The notes under the pieces: model-generated
What the model was told of the DNA's origin: nothing
The model's input: the letters and a program-made list of their open reading frames with translations, nothing else
The model's database searches: none
Program-made: the position numbers and the translations under genes
Shown: positions 53,312 to 64,000 of the stretch, piece by piece
Layout of the letters: the number at the start of each line of letters is the position of its first letter
How positions within the stretch are numbered: the first letter of the stretch is position 1
From: Octopus sinensis
Lineage: Eukaryota
DNA: 64,000 nt
NCBI RefSeq assembly: GCF_006345805.1
Contig: NW_021832853.1
Location: 31,483-95,482, forward strand
Direction of reading: 5' to 3'

Positions 53312-53780
53312 GCTACAAGGCAAGCTGACAGAATTAATAGTATTTTGAACAAAATGCTTGGTGTATTCCATCCATCTTTACGTTCTGAGTTCAAATTCTG
53401 CCAGGGTCAACATTGGCTTTCATTCTTTCAGAATCAATAGGATAAGTACCAGTTGAACTCTGTGATTGATGTAATTGGCTTGCCTCTCCCCTGAAAATGC
53501 TGGCCTTGTTCCAAAATTTGAAATCCTCATCATCATTATTATTAATAATAAGGCAGTGAGCTGGCAGAATCGTTAGCACAATGGACAAAATACTTAGCCT
53601 CATTTCATCTTCCTTATGTTCTGAGTTCAAATTCTGCTGAGGTTGATGTTGCGTTTCATTTTTTCGGGGTTGATAAATTAAGTGCCAATGAAACAGTGGC
53701 GTCAATGTAATCAACTAGTCCCCTCCCCCAAAAGTTCATGTCTTGTTCTTGTAGTAGAAAGGATTATTATTATCATTTGT
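53312..53780 (+). mobile_element. Two tandem family-2 SINEs
   Basis: Units at about 53312-53545 and 53548-53780 with (ATT)n/(ATC)n tails. Confidence 0.8.
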
Positions 53781-53982
53781 TGGTGGCAACAGCAGTAGTA
53801 ACATGATTATCATCATCATCATCAAAGATGCTTATTTTTCTTAATTGTAAGAAACTAAATTACTGTAAATTTTAATGCATATTAGAATGAGAAACAGATT
53901 CCTAAGAGATTTCAAACTAAATGCAAAACATAAAATGAGACACAAAATTTCAGAAACTTCGAAAAAATTGGTTTAAACTTAC

Positions 53983-54130
53983 CAAATGCCATAATGGTTT
54001 TTCAATTTTATTGAGGACGTGACATTCATCTGTTGTTACAGATTGTACACCCAGACACCAATACAGGGAAAACAGCCAGTATGTATTAACCAAGTAGACA
54101 TTAGTAGTAATGTTGGATTCAAGATATTGT
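53983..54130 (-). CDS. GDPD5-like: GDPD gene A exon (QYLESNITTNVYLVNTYWLFSLYWCLGVQSVTTDECHVLNKIEKPLWHL)
   Basis: 148 nt, bounded by tttcAG and GTaagt. Matches N..VNLYTVN.PWLFSLLWC.GV.SVT.D at the end of the GDPD domain. Confidence 0.95.
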
Positions 54131-54705
54131 CTGAAAACAATAAAAATGAAAATAAATAGTCACCAGTTAGAGAAGTCTAAATATGTTTTAACTCTATAGA
54201 TTTATGCCATAGTATATAACACATTAGTGGGTCCTACAATCAACATTAACTGGCTAACAAAGGTAAATAGCCAAACTAAACTTTTGCAGGTGCAGACTTA
54301 GTAAGAAGTTTGCTTCCCAACCACATGGTTCCAGGTTCAGTCCCACTGTGTAGCACCTTGGACAAGTGTCTTTGGACTGTCCAAAGCCTTGTGAGTGGGT
54401 TTGTTAGATAGATATGAAAGAAGCTTGTCATATATATAAGTGTGTGTATGTGTGTGTCTGTCTGTCTTTGTACCCTACCAACACTTGACAACTGGTATTG
54501 TGTGTTTATGCTCATATAATTTAGTTGTTTGGCAAAGGGACTAATGGGATAAGTGCCAGCCTTAACAAAAAAAAAAAACTAAGGACTGGGATTGATTTGC
54601 TTGACTAAAATTCTTCAAGTTGGTGCCCCAGTATGACCATAGTCTAATGACTGAAACAAATAAAAGATAAAAGATGAATCCCTGAATTGAGACAACTGTC
54701 ATTAA

Positions 54706-55094
54706 CCCTTTTGGTAACAACCCACCAGAGACTACCACCAGTTCTATCATGTTTAACTCATTAGCATTCAGATTCAAATGTATTCAGGTTTCAAATGTAA
54801 TGCTCATTTATTCAGATTGCTTATTGTTTGAATGACATTACAGGGTAGATGTGAGAGACTAGATCTGGCCAGTTTGAACATAAAACAGGTAGAATATTTG
54901 TGTCAAATATGGTTGGTTGAAATGTTAAAGAGTTAATGTGATCTAAATCTATACATTCCTTCAAATTGTTCTGTTAATTTATGTTCCAAACACCAGCTTA
55001 ATAATGATAAAATTATTTTACTAAATTCTTCATTATTTCAAAATTAATTGAAAAAATAGCAGTGTATTTTGACAGAAATACGGTAACAATTGAG
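54706..55094. mobile_element. piggyBac-type MITE containing a second TTAA-flanked MITE (54757-54932)
   Basis: Outer TTAA sites at 54702 and 55095; inner TTAA sites at 54753 and 54933, with TIRs ctcattagcatt / aatgttaaagag. Confidence 0.65.
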
Positions 55095-55980
55095 TTAACC
55101 TTTCCATTGATATATCAGTTTAAATGATTAAATATCTTTACTAAAAATCTGTAGAAATGATAGACCCAAAAAGATGTGAGATGAAGTGGCAAGAAAGGAT
55201 CTTCAGATGCTGGGCCTCAATGAGGAGATGACAAGGGATCAAGACTTGTGGCATTCGCTGTACTTCAGAAAACACGTCGAGCTAAGTAAAATCTCAGCCA
55301 TCCATACATATAGGGATATCCTTTAGGGCCACACCCACACTCCCTTGCTCAGCCAAAAGGTGCTTGACTTGCAGGCGCCAGTACCATGTAAAATGCACTC
55401 ATGTTGGTGCCACATAAAATGCACTCATGCTGGTTCCATGTAGGAAGCACCCAGTACATTCTGTAATGTGGTTGGTGTTAGGAAGGGCATCCAGCCACAG
55501 AAACCATGTCAAAACAAACAATTGGAGCCTGGACAACTCTCTGGCTGGCCAGCTCCTGTCAAGCCATCCAACCCATGCCAGCATGGAAAACAGATGTTAA
55601 ACGATGATGATAATTACTATACACTACTGACTACCAGTAACATATCAAGCTATCAATAACATGACGAGTTTATTCACTTGGTCAGCTGTGATTCTCAACA
55701 GTGTAAATAACAGGTAAATACCAGAATCAAATTGGTAAAGAATTCAAAGTATATACAACATAGACATTAACTGCAGCGGCATTTTTAATGTTTGTTTGAA
55801 TGTTCAAGGTAAATTAACTTAAATTGTAAATTCAAAGAGTATGAACAAGAAAATGAAATTTGAGAAGAAAAAAAAGCAAGAATAACTGAGTAATGAAACA
55901 TGGGATAAATAAGTATAGAGAAAAAGAATAATGATAAATTGACAAAGCTATAAAAAAAAATAAGAAAGATTAAAACTTAC

Positions 55981-56129
55981 AGGATTTCATCTTCACTAAG
56001 TGAATCATACCTAGCATTGAAATTAGAGATATGCAATTTTACGAGATCTTCAACTGGTAGATAACTTGTCCCAGTTTGTGTAAAATTGGTGGTATATGCT
56101 GAATGATAGACTTTTGAGAACCACCAAAT
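55981..56129 (-). CDS. GDPD5-like: GDPD gene A exon (IWWFSKVYHSAYTTNFTQTGTSYLPVEDLVKLHISNFNARYDSLSEDEI(L))
   Basis: 149 nt, bounded by ttttatAG and GTaagt. Phase 0 in, phase 2 out, consistent with neighbouring exons. Confidence 0.9.
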
Positions 56130-56174
56130 CTATAAAAAGTGAAACAGAGGACAAAAGGTTATTCATAAAATTAG

Positions 56175-56402
56175 TTGGGATTATATTGGTTTTAAATTTT
56201 GGCACAAGGTCAGCAATTCCAGGGAAGGTGGGTAAGTTGATTACATTGACCCCCAGCAACTCAACTGGTACTTATTTTATTGTTCTTGCAAGGATGAAAG
56301 GCAAAGTTGACCTCAGAAGAATTTGAACACAGAATGTAAAGGCAGACAAAATAGTGCTATGCATTTTGCCTGGCATGCAAACAATTCTGCTAACTTACCA
56401 CA
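56175..56402 (-). mobile_element. Family-2 SINE, inverted relative to the 51-53 kb copies
   Basis: Reverse complement of the gagctggcagaat...aagtaccagtt...aaaatttgaaa unit. Confidence 0.8.
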
Positions 56403-57602
56403 TTAAATTGGGATTATATTAACTACATATTGGACAAATCAATTATAGACGTAGTAGTTGTGTTTAAAAGATCTGAGTAGAATAGAAGCCTGGAAAACAA
56501 ACAAGATAGGAAACACAAGATGCAAATCTTGCCTCAAGGAAGGATACTTTGTCAAAGAGAAAGGATTTGGGACAATAATAGAAGAGTAGAAACAGCGTAT
56601 CATAGCACAAGCAGTTGTGTTTAAAAAGTGTTAGAAGAAAAGTTTGGTTTGATGTTTCCAAATGTGTCAGAGCTAATATTAAAAAATTACTGCCAACCAA
56701 ACATCATTAAACATTATGAATACAACATTAGACAACAGACAATACCACCTCTCTACTACAAACTATTATATTAGCAAAATCACAAGCTAGGGAGAGTATA
56801 TTACTAACAGTAGTTGCTAAAAATTTTACATGAAGATAAATAATTTGAAGATTATGGCATAAAAGGAAAACACTCTAGATTCATGTTATAAGTTTTAGCA
56901 ATATTAACTACTGTATTTTCCAGCCTAAGAGCACATACACTACTGGTTAGGGTGTTACATTCAGGATTGTGAGATTGAGGTTTCAATTCTTAGACCATGT
57001 TGTGCATTGTTGTCTTGAGCAAAACACGTCATCTCACGTTGTTCTGCGATCACTTCAACACCTGACACGAGATACATCATGTGCCTGTTCAGGCAACATC
57101 GATTTGTTGGAGGGAGTGAGCTAATGTACAACACATACATTAGATCAGTATACACAATCCATTTGTGCAGGTTGTTTGGCAAAAAAGCTGAACACTTATA
57201 CATCATCTTTGACAAGAAAGTCCAGCATTTTCCAGTACAAAAGTTAATGTATATCGTGTAAACACAATGTAAACATTTCATTCCAAATCCTGCTGCATTT
57301 CACATAGAACTTTTGGTTCTCAAAAGTTGTCCAGCATAAGTTGACTATCGTTTTTTGGCTGTAACTTTTGGTTTGAAAAATTCAACTTGTATACGAGAAA
57401 ATATATGTTAATATTGCTAGAACTTTGAATTTTAAGTGCAAACTTTTATCCAGGATATCAATAATGTTCATAAAGCATTCCCTACAAGGAAGGAAACTAT
57501 GTCATCTATCAACATATAAATAACAGAAACTAATTGACATGTCAAAACTAGCATATTTCATACAGATGCAAATGATAAGAAAACTAATATAAATAAATTT
57601 AC

Positions 57603-57824
57603 CTGTTTAAGAGGAATTCCAGTTTTCGATATCACATCAATAACTTGCTTCTCAACTGTATAATAATAACGATTTTCCTTGACTGGGGATCGTATATCTA
57701 TTAAAACATTCTTTCCTGTCAAGTGTGCTAAGTCAATCAATTCTTCCAAAGACATAATGGTTTGGTTATTGTAGATTTCCTTTGCTTTGTCAGTAAGAGA
57801 TCCAACTACACCCATTGGATCTTC
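57603..57824 (-). CDS. GDPD5-like: GDPD gene A exon (EDPMGVVGSLTDKAKEIYNNQTIMSLEELIDLA...KTGIPLKQ)
   Basis: 222 nt, phase 0/0, bounded by attAG and GTaaat. Matches DPF.T..SL.......NQSI.SL.ELL.LA. Confidence 0.92.
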
Positions 57825-58470
57825 CTAATATGCAGACAAATATATATAAGAAAATAGGATCAGTACAGTAAACTTGAGAAAGAAAATTATCATATAAAAT
57901 ATGAATCTGTTTAGTAAAATTCTTGGCTTTGGGAAGGATTAACTGGTAGAAATTTAAGATTGAGAATGTAATGAATATCATGAAGTAAGCTTAAGCATTA
58001 TTCATTTGTTTAGTTGTTTATTTTATATTTGGTTTTCTAAACTGGCTTAGGTTAGACATGTACTTATTTGAGACAGTATTTTATATTCGAATGCCTTTCC
58101 TGTCACCAACCTTTAATTATATTACAAGTACAGATGTTATTTTTATATTTCACTACTTCCAAAATTCAAAGTTATGAGACTTAATGTAAGCACAACACCA
58201 TATCATTATTCATTTTAATGTTGTTATTATTATTATAATTAATTAATTTAGATAATCTCATGCAAAGAAGTGGAAATAACAACTACCCACACATATATAT
58301 ATGTACAAATACTCACACACATAACACACACACACACATGCTCACATACACACGCTCTCTCTCTCTCTCACACACACACGCATGCACACAGGTTTAAAAA
58401 TAGTTTCTGTTTATAAAATAAATAGATAATACTTAATCCTGTTAGCATTCAGATTACTCTGTCAAATATA

Positions 58471-58713
58471 GTCCTTCCTACTAAATGTACAAGGCCTGAA
58501 ATCTTGTTGGGGCAGGACTAGATTAACTTAACCCCAATGCTAAACTGATGAGTATTTCATCAACCCCAAAAGGATGAATGACACAGTTGACTCATTTTAC
58601 TAAACAAACTCAGATTCTAAACGATAATTTGAACTCAGAATGTAAAGCCAGAAGAAATGCTGCTAAGCATTTTTTTCCAGTATGCTAATGATTCTGTCAG
58701 CTCACCACCTTAT
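58471..58713 (-). mobile_element. Family-2 SINE with 13-bp TSD inserted in a TTAA-type MITE
   Basis: TCTGTCAAATATA occurs at 58458-58470 and 58714-58726. The host MITE spans about 58433-58868. Confidence 0.85.
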
Positions 58714-60225
58714 TCTGTCAAATATAATGCTTATTTACATTGATTTGAATTAATTGTGCATTATTTTGCAACTTTTAAATTTCAATAATACGATAACTTA
58801 TCTATGGAATGACATTGTAAAGTAGATGTGAGAGGCTGGATCTGGCCTAGTTAAATGTTAAGGAGTTAAAGATATCATACAATAAATGATGCAGAACATA
58901 TGAAATAAATTTAGAACAGACAGCAAATATGCTGGGAAAAAATCTAGCAGTAAGATTAAAGTAAAGTTAAATAACACACTCAGCTGTCTCAGTACTCCAG
59001 TCACAAAATTCAATATAACAGAGACACAAGATACCACCCACACATTTTCTGAACTCTAGTATTAGCCGCTGATCTGGGAAAGTGTTGCTTTTTAACCATG
59101 CTTTGACTGTGTTATAACAAATTGTTGGTATTAAAACTAAAAGTGAGCCATATCTATTATTATTTATAAATTTCAGTAAGTTTAGCATGATTAAAGAAAA
59201 CGTAACAGGCAATATTTAATCATATAACTGGTTTAAACGAATAAAAAGTACCAACAAGTAGATGTTGTAAGGTGTCTAGTAAATATACAATAGTCACAGA
59301 GTCTCTTTCTCACTCCCCTATATGCTTTTCTCTTTCTTTTCTTCTGATGAAGGACTATTGTCCAAAACATTAAGACATTCTCTCTTTTCATTGAAGCATT
59401 AGGCTAACACTGCATTTGTTAAAATTTGTTCCTCTTGCATTTTCATTTTTATTGTTCACTGTGTGTATGTATATGATTTTTCTTTGAGCCTTATTCATTT
59501 TCTTCTTAAGAGAGTTCAAGCTCGTTACTAACAAAGCAACAAGACTTTTTAGTCAAAAGAGTTTCCAGTGTTTGAAAATATGAGGTTGAGGTGTGCATCT
59601 GTTCTCCTAAAGAATCTCAAATGTCTTACATTCCAATCTGAGAATGTCTTACAAATCTTCACTGTGCCATTAACAGATTGGATTTGGAGAATCTGCACCA
59701 GTTTATTTAATCATTTACAAGTGTGTGACTGAGGGTATGTGTGTGTGTGTGTATACATACATGCATACATACATACATACATACATACACACACACACAT
59801 ATATACACACATACATACAGTAGTGCTCTCAACTGGGGTCAATGTAAGACTTTATTGTTAAAATTTATGAGCAAAAAAATGCTTATACTTCTACAATAAA
59901 CAAAATATTTTAGCAATTTTTTTAATACAATTCCTAATAATATCTAATTATAGAAATATAATAGGATTTTAAGAACATCAAATGACTAGGAAACAGGTCA
60001 GGATTGGTGACAGGAAAGGCATCCAGCTGTAAAAATCTGCCTCAATAAACTCTTCCTAATCCATGCAAGCATGGAAAAGGGGATGTTTAAACCAAGATGA
60101 TGATAATCATAAGAAATTTGTATTTCTATATTTATGAATATTTTCAGAAAATTTTAGAACTAAATAAAACTTATTACAAAAATAATGTCCATACAAGAAA
60201 CTTTAAATACTCTTAGATAACTTAC

Positions 60226-60376
60226 CTTCAAAAACCAGCTTCCAGCATTGAGTTTCCGCAATTCATCAAATGTAAATGTAGAAGCATCATCATCCACTCG
60301 GTCGGGATATACTTCTTCAATATTGGTTGTTCGTCGTAATGTTTTGTCATGTAAAATAAACGGAATTCCATCTAAA
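60226..60376 (-). CDS. GDPD5-like: GDPD gene A catalytic-domain exon ((S)[24 protein letters not shown]...[12 protein letters not shown])
   Basis: 151 nt, bounded by ttacAG and GTaagt. Contains the GDPD signature DG.P...HD.TL.RTTN including the second catalytic His. Confidence 0.97.
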
Positions 60377-60976
60377 CTGTAAGAAAATATTTCAAATGAC
60401 AATTGTATGATTATCTGTGGTCAAACTTCCTTACTATCACTTCTAACCACACACATACTATATTACAAGGGCCCCAGTTGATCTGATCAACAGAGCAGCC
60501 AGCTCATAGAATTAACATGCTAAGTGGCTGAGCACTACAGACATACGTTCCCTTAATGTACCTCTCAGGGAGATTAAGAGTAACACAGAATGAGGCAAAA
60601 CTGGCCCTTTGAAATACAAGTACAACTCATTTTTGCTAACCGAGTGGACTGGAGCAATGTGAAATAGAGTGTCTTGCTCAAGGACACAATGTGGCACCAG
60701 AAACCAAACTCACAGCCTTACAATCATGAGCCAAATATCCTAACCACTAAGCCATCTGCCTTCACTAAACCACACACACACACACAGAGTTATGGATAAT
60801 AGATATTTTGATTGTTTATGGGTGGAGGTCTGGTTCTTCCACCACCATGTCATCATGGTTGTAAAATGAACTTCTAAGCCAATAATTACATGCTGGCATT
60901 TATACTCTTATGTAGTGCTTCAAGATGTTCTAAAAACAGAATATATATATATTATATATTGTCCCTTTCCCTCTAG

Positions 60977-61012
<36 letters not shown>

Positions 61013-61451
61013 ATATAAGATTCCATTGAATTAGGTACTTAAACATAGGCACCTTGCTATGACAGTATAATCCACACACAATATTAATTGGATATTGAAT
61101 ATCAAGACTCCATGCAGGGGTGCTTGTACCTGATATTCCTGCCATATGTGCATACAATGCAACCCAGCTAAGTGAAGATATCTGCTCCTGATATTCTGCC
61201 ACAGATATGTCAAAAGAAACAATGTAAATATTTTTAGTTCCATTATTGATGTGAAATGCTTGTATCCATTATGTTTGAAATCTATGCAGTTATCTGACGG
61301 GAATGGTTTCTTTCAAATGATGTAATGTTTTCATTAATCAATTAAAGGAGTTACTTGAAATGGCTGTAATGAAGTGATACCAGGTGATACCTGTACATCT
61401 TTGTCACTCACTTACACACACACACACACCACACACACACACACACACCCA

Positions 61452-61492
<41 letters not shown>

Positions 61493-62629
61493 TTAAGCTT
61501 ATCTGTACAGATTATTTATAGAGTTCAGAGCTTCAGAGCCAGTACTAAAAGTTATGTTTTGTATATGAATATGTGTATGTAAACAATATGATTGAAGATA
61601 GAAAAACAGGTAATGAGTGTAGATGCATATTTCAAGAGTTATTGACCTTTCATCATCCATAAATAAACTGCTTAAATACCCACTAAGTTTAGGATATTTT
61701 TCTTTTATTTCATTTATTTGTTTCAGGCATTTGACTGCGGCCATGCTGGAGTACCAACTTTAGGACTTATTCTTTGTAAGCCTAGTACTTATTCTATTAG
61801 TCTCTTTTGCTGAACCCTTAAGTTACGGGGATGTAAACACACCAACATTGGTTGTCAAGCAATATTACGGAGCCAAACACAGACACACAAACATACACAC
61901 ACACACACTTATATATACGACAGGCTTCTTTCAGCTTCTGTCTATCAAATCTACTCACAAGACTTTGCTTGGCCCAAGGCTATAGTAGAAGACACTGTGT
62001 AACACTACTGGATAGACCAATTTACATATTAAACACATTCCTGGTAAATGGTGTGTAAATATTAATTGCTAGCAAGGTCACTGTATTTTGTTTTGCAGCC
62101 ATAATATACTACCAAGTATATTAAAGGTTCCCAAGTCAATAATATCTTGCTTTTTGTTTTAACAGTGTGATGTTCTCATTTTTAATCTTATCTCTACAGA
62201 TTTTCTATAGAGTTCAGAGCCACCACTGAAAGTTACAATGCTTTGTATACAAATACATTTACAAAAACAATGCAACCAAAGACAGAAAAATAGATAATGG
62301 TTGTATATGCATGTTTCAATGCATTTGTAGACAGTTGATGGTTTGGATGTGGTGGTAGTGGAAGAGCAATAACTCTTGAAATAGGATCACCAAGCTCCTA
62401 TCTAGAGAGTAACTGTAATGTGTCCATAGGGATGACATCCATGGTTCTGTAATCAACTATGATGCAAGCTCCCAATTCAAATTGATAATAATGAAACTGG
62501 ATGGTGACGAGAATCATTTTCTGTCACTAATTCTCACCTGTTTTTAAAGGGAGTTTTCATTGCACTTGTCTTTGAAAGCATAGCTGCCAAATGATTTGTT
62601 TACTGGGAATTGGCAACAGACAACATTGG

Positions 62630-62805
62630 AGAGAGGGGCAGTTGATTAGATTGACCCCAATATGCAACTGTACTTAATTTATCAATCCCAAAAGGATGAA
62701 AGGCAAGTCGACCTTGTTGGAATTTGAACTCAGAATGTAAAGACACACAAAATACCGCTAAGCATTTCACCTGGTACGCTAACGTTTCTGCTGTCTCGCC
62801 ATCTT
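62630..62805 (-). mobile_element. Family-2 SINE (a family-1 SINE lies at about 61700-61995)
   Basis: Reverse complement of the shared SINE unit. Confidence 0.75.
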
Positions 62806-62999
62806 AACACTTGCCCAAATTGCTGTACAGATGGACTGAACCCACAACCATCTGGTTGAGAAGTGAACTTCTTGACCACATAGCTATTACTGCATTTTAT
62901 TTAACCACAAATATTTCTAGTTATCAGGAATGGGTCATAACTGAGAAATAACTTAGAGAATTTATATTTCAAAATGTATAAAGATACAATGTAATTTAC

Positions 63000-63082
63000 C
63001 TTATTTGTACATCTGACTCAAATCCATAGACGCTTTCGTTTGCAGCTATTTGGAATGCAACTAAAGTATTCTCAGGTGCAAT
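63000..63082 (-). CDS. GDPD5-like: GDPD gene A catalytic-domain exon (IAPENTLVAFQIAANESVYGFESDVQI(S))
   Basis: 83 nt, bounded by ttgcaAG and GTaaat. Contains the APENT motif and the metal-binding E-x-D, and joins the next exon as AG+T=S. Upstream exons lie beyond the window. Confidence 0.95.
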
Positions 63083-64000
63083 CTTGCAAGAAAAGTTTTA
63101 AAATACAAAAGACTTTGATTAAAATTTGCTTAAATATATTCCAACAATAACATATTGAGAGATTTCTGGCTAAATAAACACTGTGTCTAATTTTAAAATA
63201 TTGGTGAACTTTATTTATCACAATTTAATTACAAGGAAACAAGAAACAGAAAAAGAAGAAAAAAAGATGGTGGGAGAGGGAGTAATGGGCCACACCCCCC
63301 AGAATAAATGGCATGTTCAGCTACATCCCACAGATATGACCACAATGGTATTGCTGCAGAGAATGGCTAGTGACACTTGCTACAGCAGCCACTTCACCTT
63401 GTAGGGTTCATTCTCAGACAGGCTACCATTATCTCAATTTTGCAGACAAAAACAGTAGTGCAGGATCTGAGAACAGCTGAGGTCTCAGCAGTGACCAACA
63501 CAAACTGATAGCAGCCCATCAGACCCCTGTATTTATTGATTCGTCTTTCCTTTGCATTACAGACAATCTGTTGCTCCCCCACTCCATTTTCTGCTACTTT
63601 ATTCCCATCCTACTTTTTCTTCTCCTGTTTTAAATTCAAGTGTTTTCTCTCATCTTCACTGATGAATATGGCCAAGAAATGCAGTACATTAAAATGGAAT
63701 GTCAATCTTTTAAAAATATTATTATTATTACTATTATTATTTATTGTTAAGGCAGTGAGCTGGCAGAATTGTTGGCATTCCAAGGCTATAGTAGAAGGCA
63801 CTTGCTCAAGGTGCCACACAGAGTGACTGATGTATACTTCTATCACATTTCAATCATTTTCCCATTTCTTCCTTCCTTTCCTTTATGTATTCTGTCCTTG
63901 TGATGTCCCCACTCATCTTATGTCCCTCTTGCTAATAAAAGAAATTAGTATTATTATTATTATTATCATTGTTATTATTTACATAGGCTCAAAACTGGAA

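Overview
AT-rich eukaryotic DNA, almost certainly cephalopod (octopus-like): the H2A is cephalopod-type and the SINE, RTE and microsatellite landscape fits. No prokaryotic systems or CRISPR arrays are present. The window has three main parts. (1) Two head-to-tail, minus-strand genes of the membrane glycerophosphodiester phosphodiesterase family (GDE2/GDPD5/GDPD4-like), assembled by hand from short exons with GT-AG borders and consistent phases: seven C-terminal exons of gene A (63082 to stop at 47301) and four N-terminal exons of gene B (12271 to 994, continuing off the window). (2) Between them, a solitary replication-dependent core-histone quartet arranged as two divergent pairs (H2B<->H2A, H3<->H4). 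All four genes have 3' stem-loops, no H1 was found, and a decayed duplicate of the H4 3' end follows. The quartet lies in a CpG-rich domain of about 14 kb. (3) Dense transposon debris: an OTU-bearing Helitron interrupted by a SINE that is itself interrupted by a Tc1, plus mariner, piggyBac, Merlin-like foldbacks with 8-bp TSDs, and RTE/CR1 LINE fragments. The most interesting leads are the absence of a purine-rich histone downstream element (replaced by a U-tract plus GUAAR, which predicts a divergent U7), possible repeat-mediated mobilisation of an orphan histone quartet, the tandem GDE2-like paralogs, and inverted SINEs bracketing an in-frame two-exon cassette. All assignments come from reading the sequence; no searches were run, and repeat boundaries are approximate unless TSDs or TIRs are cited.
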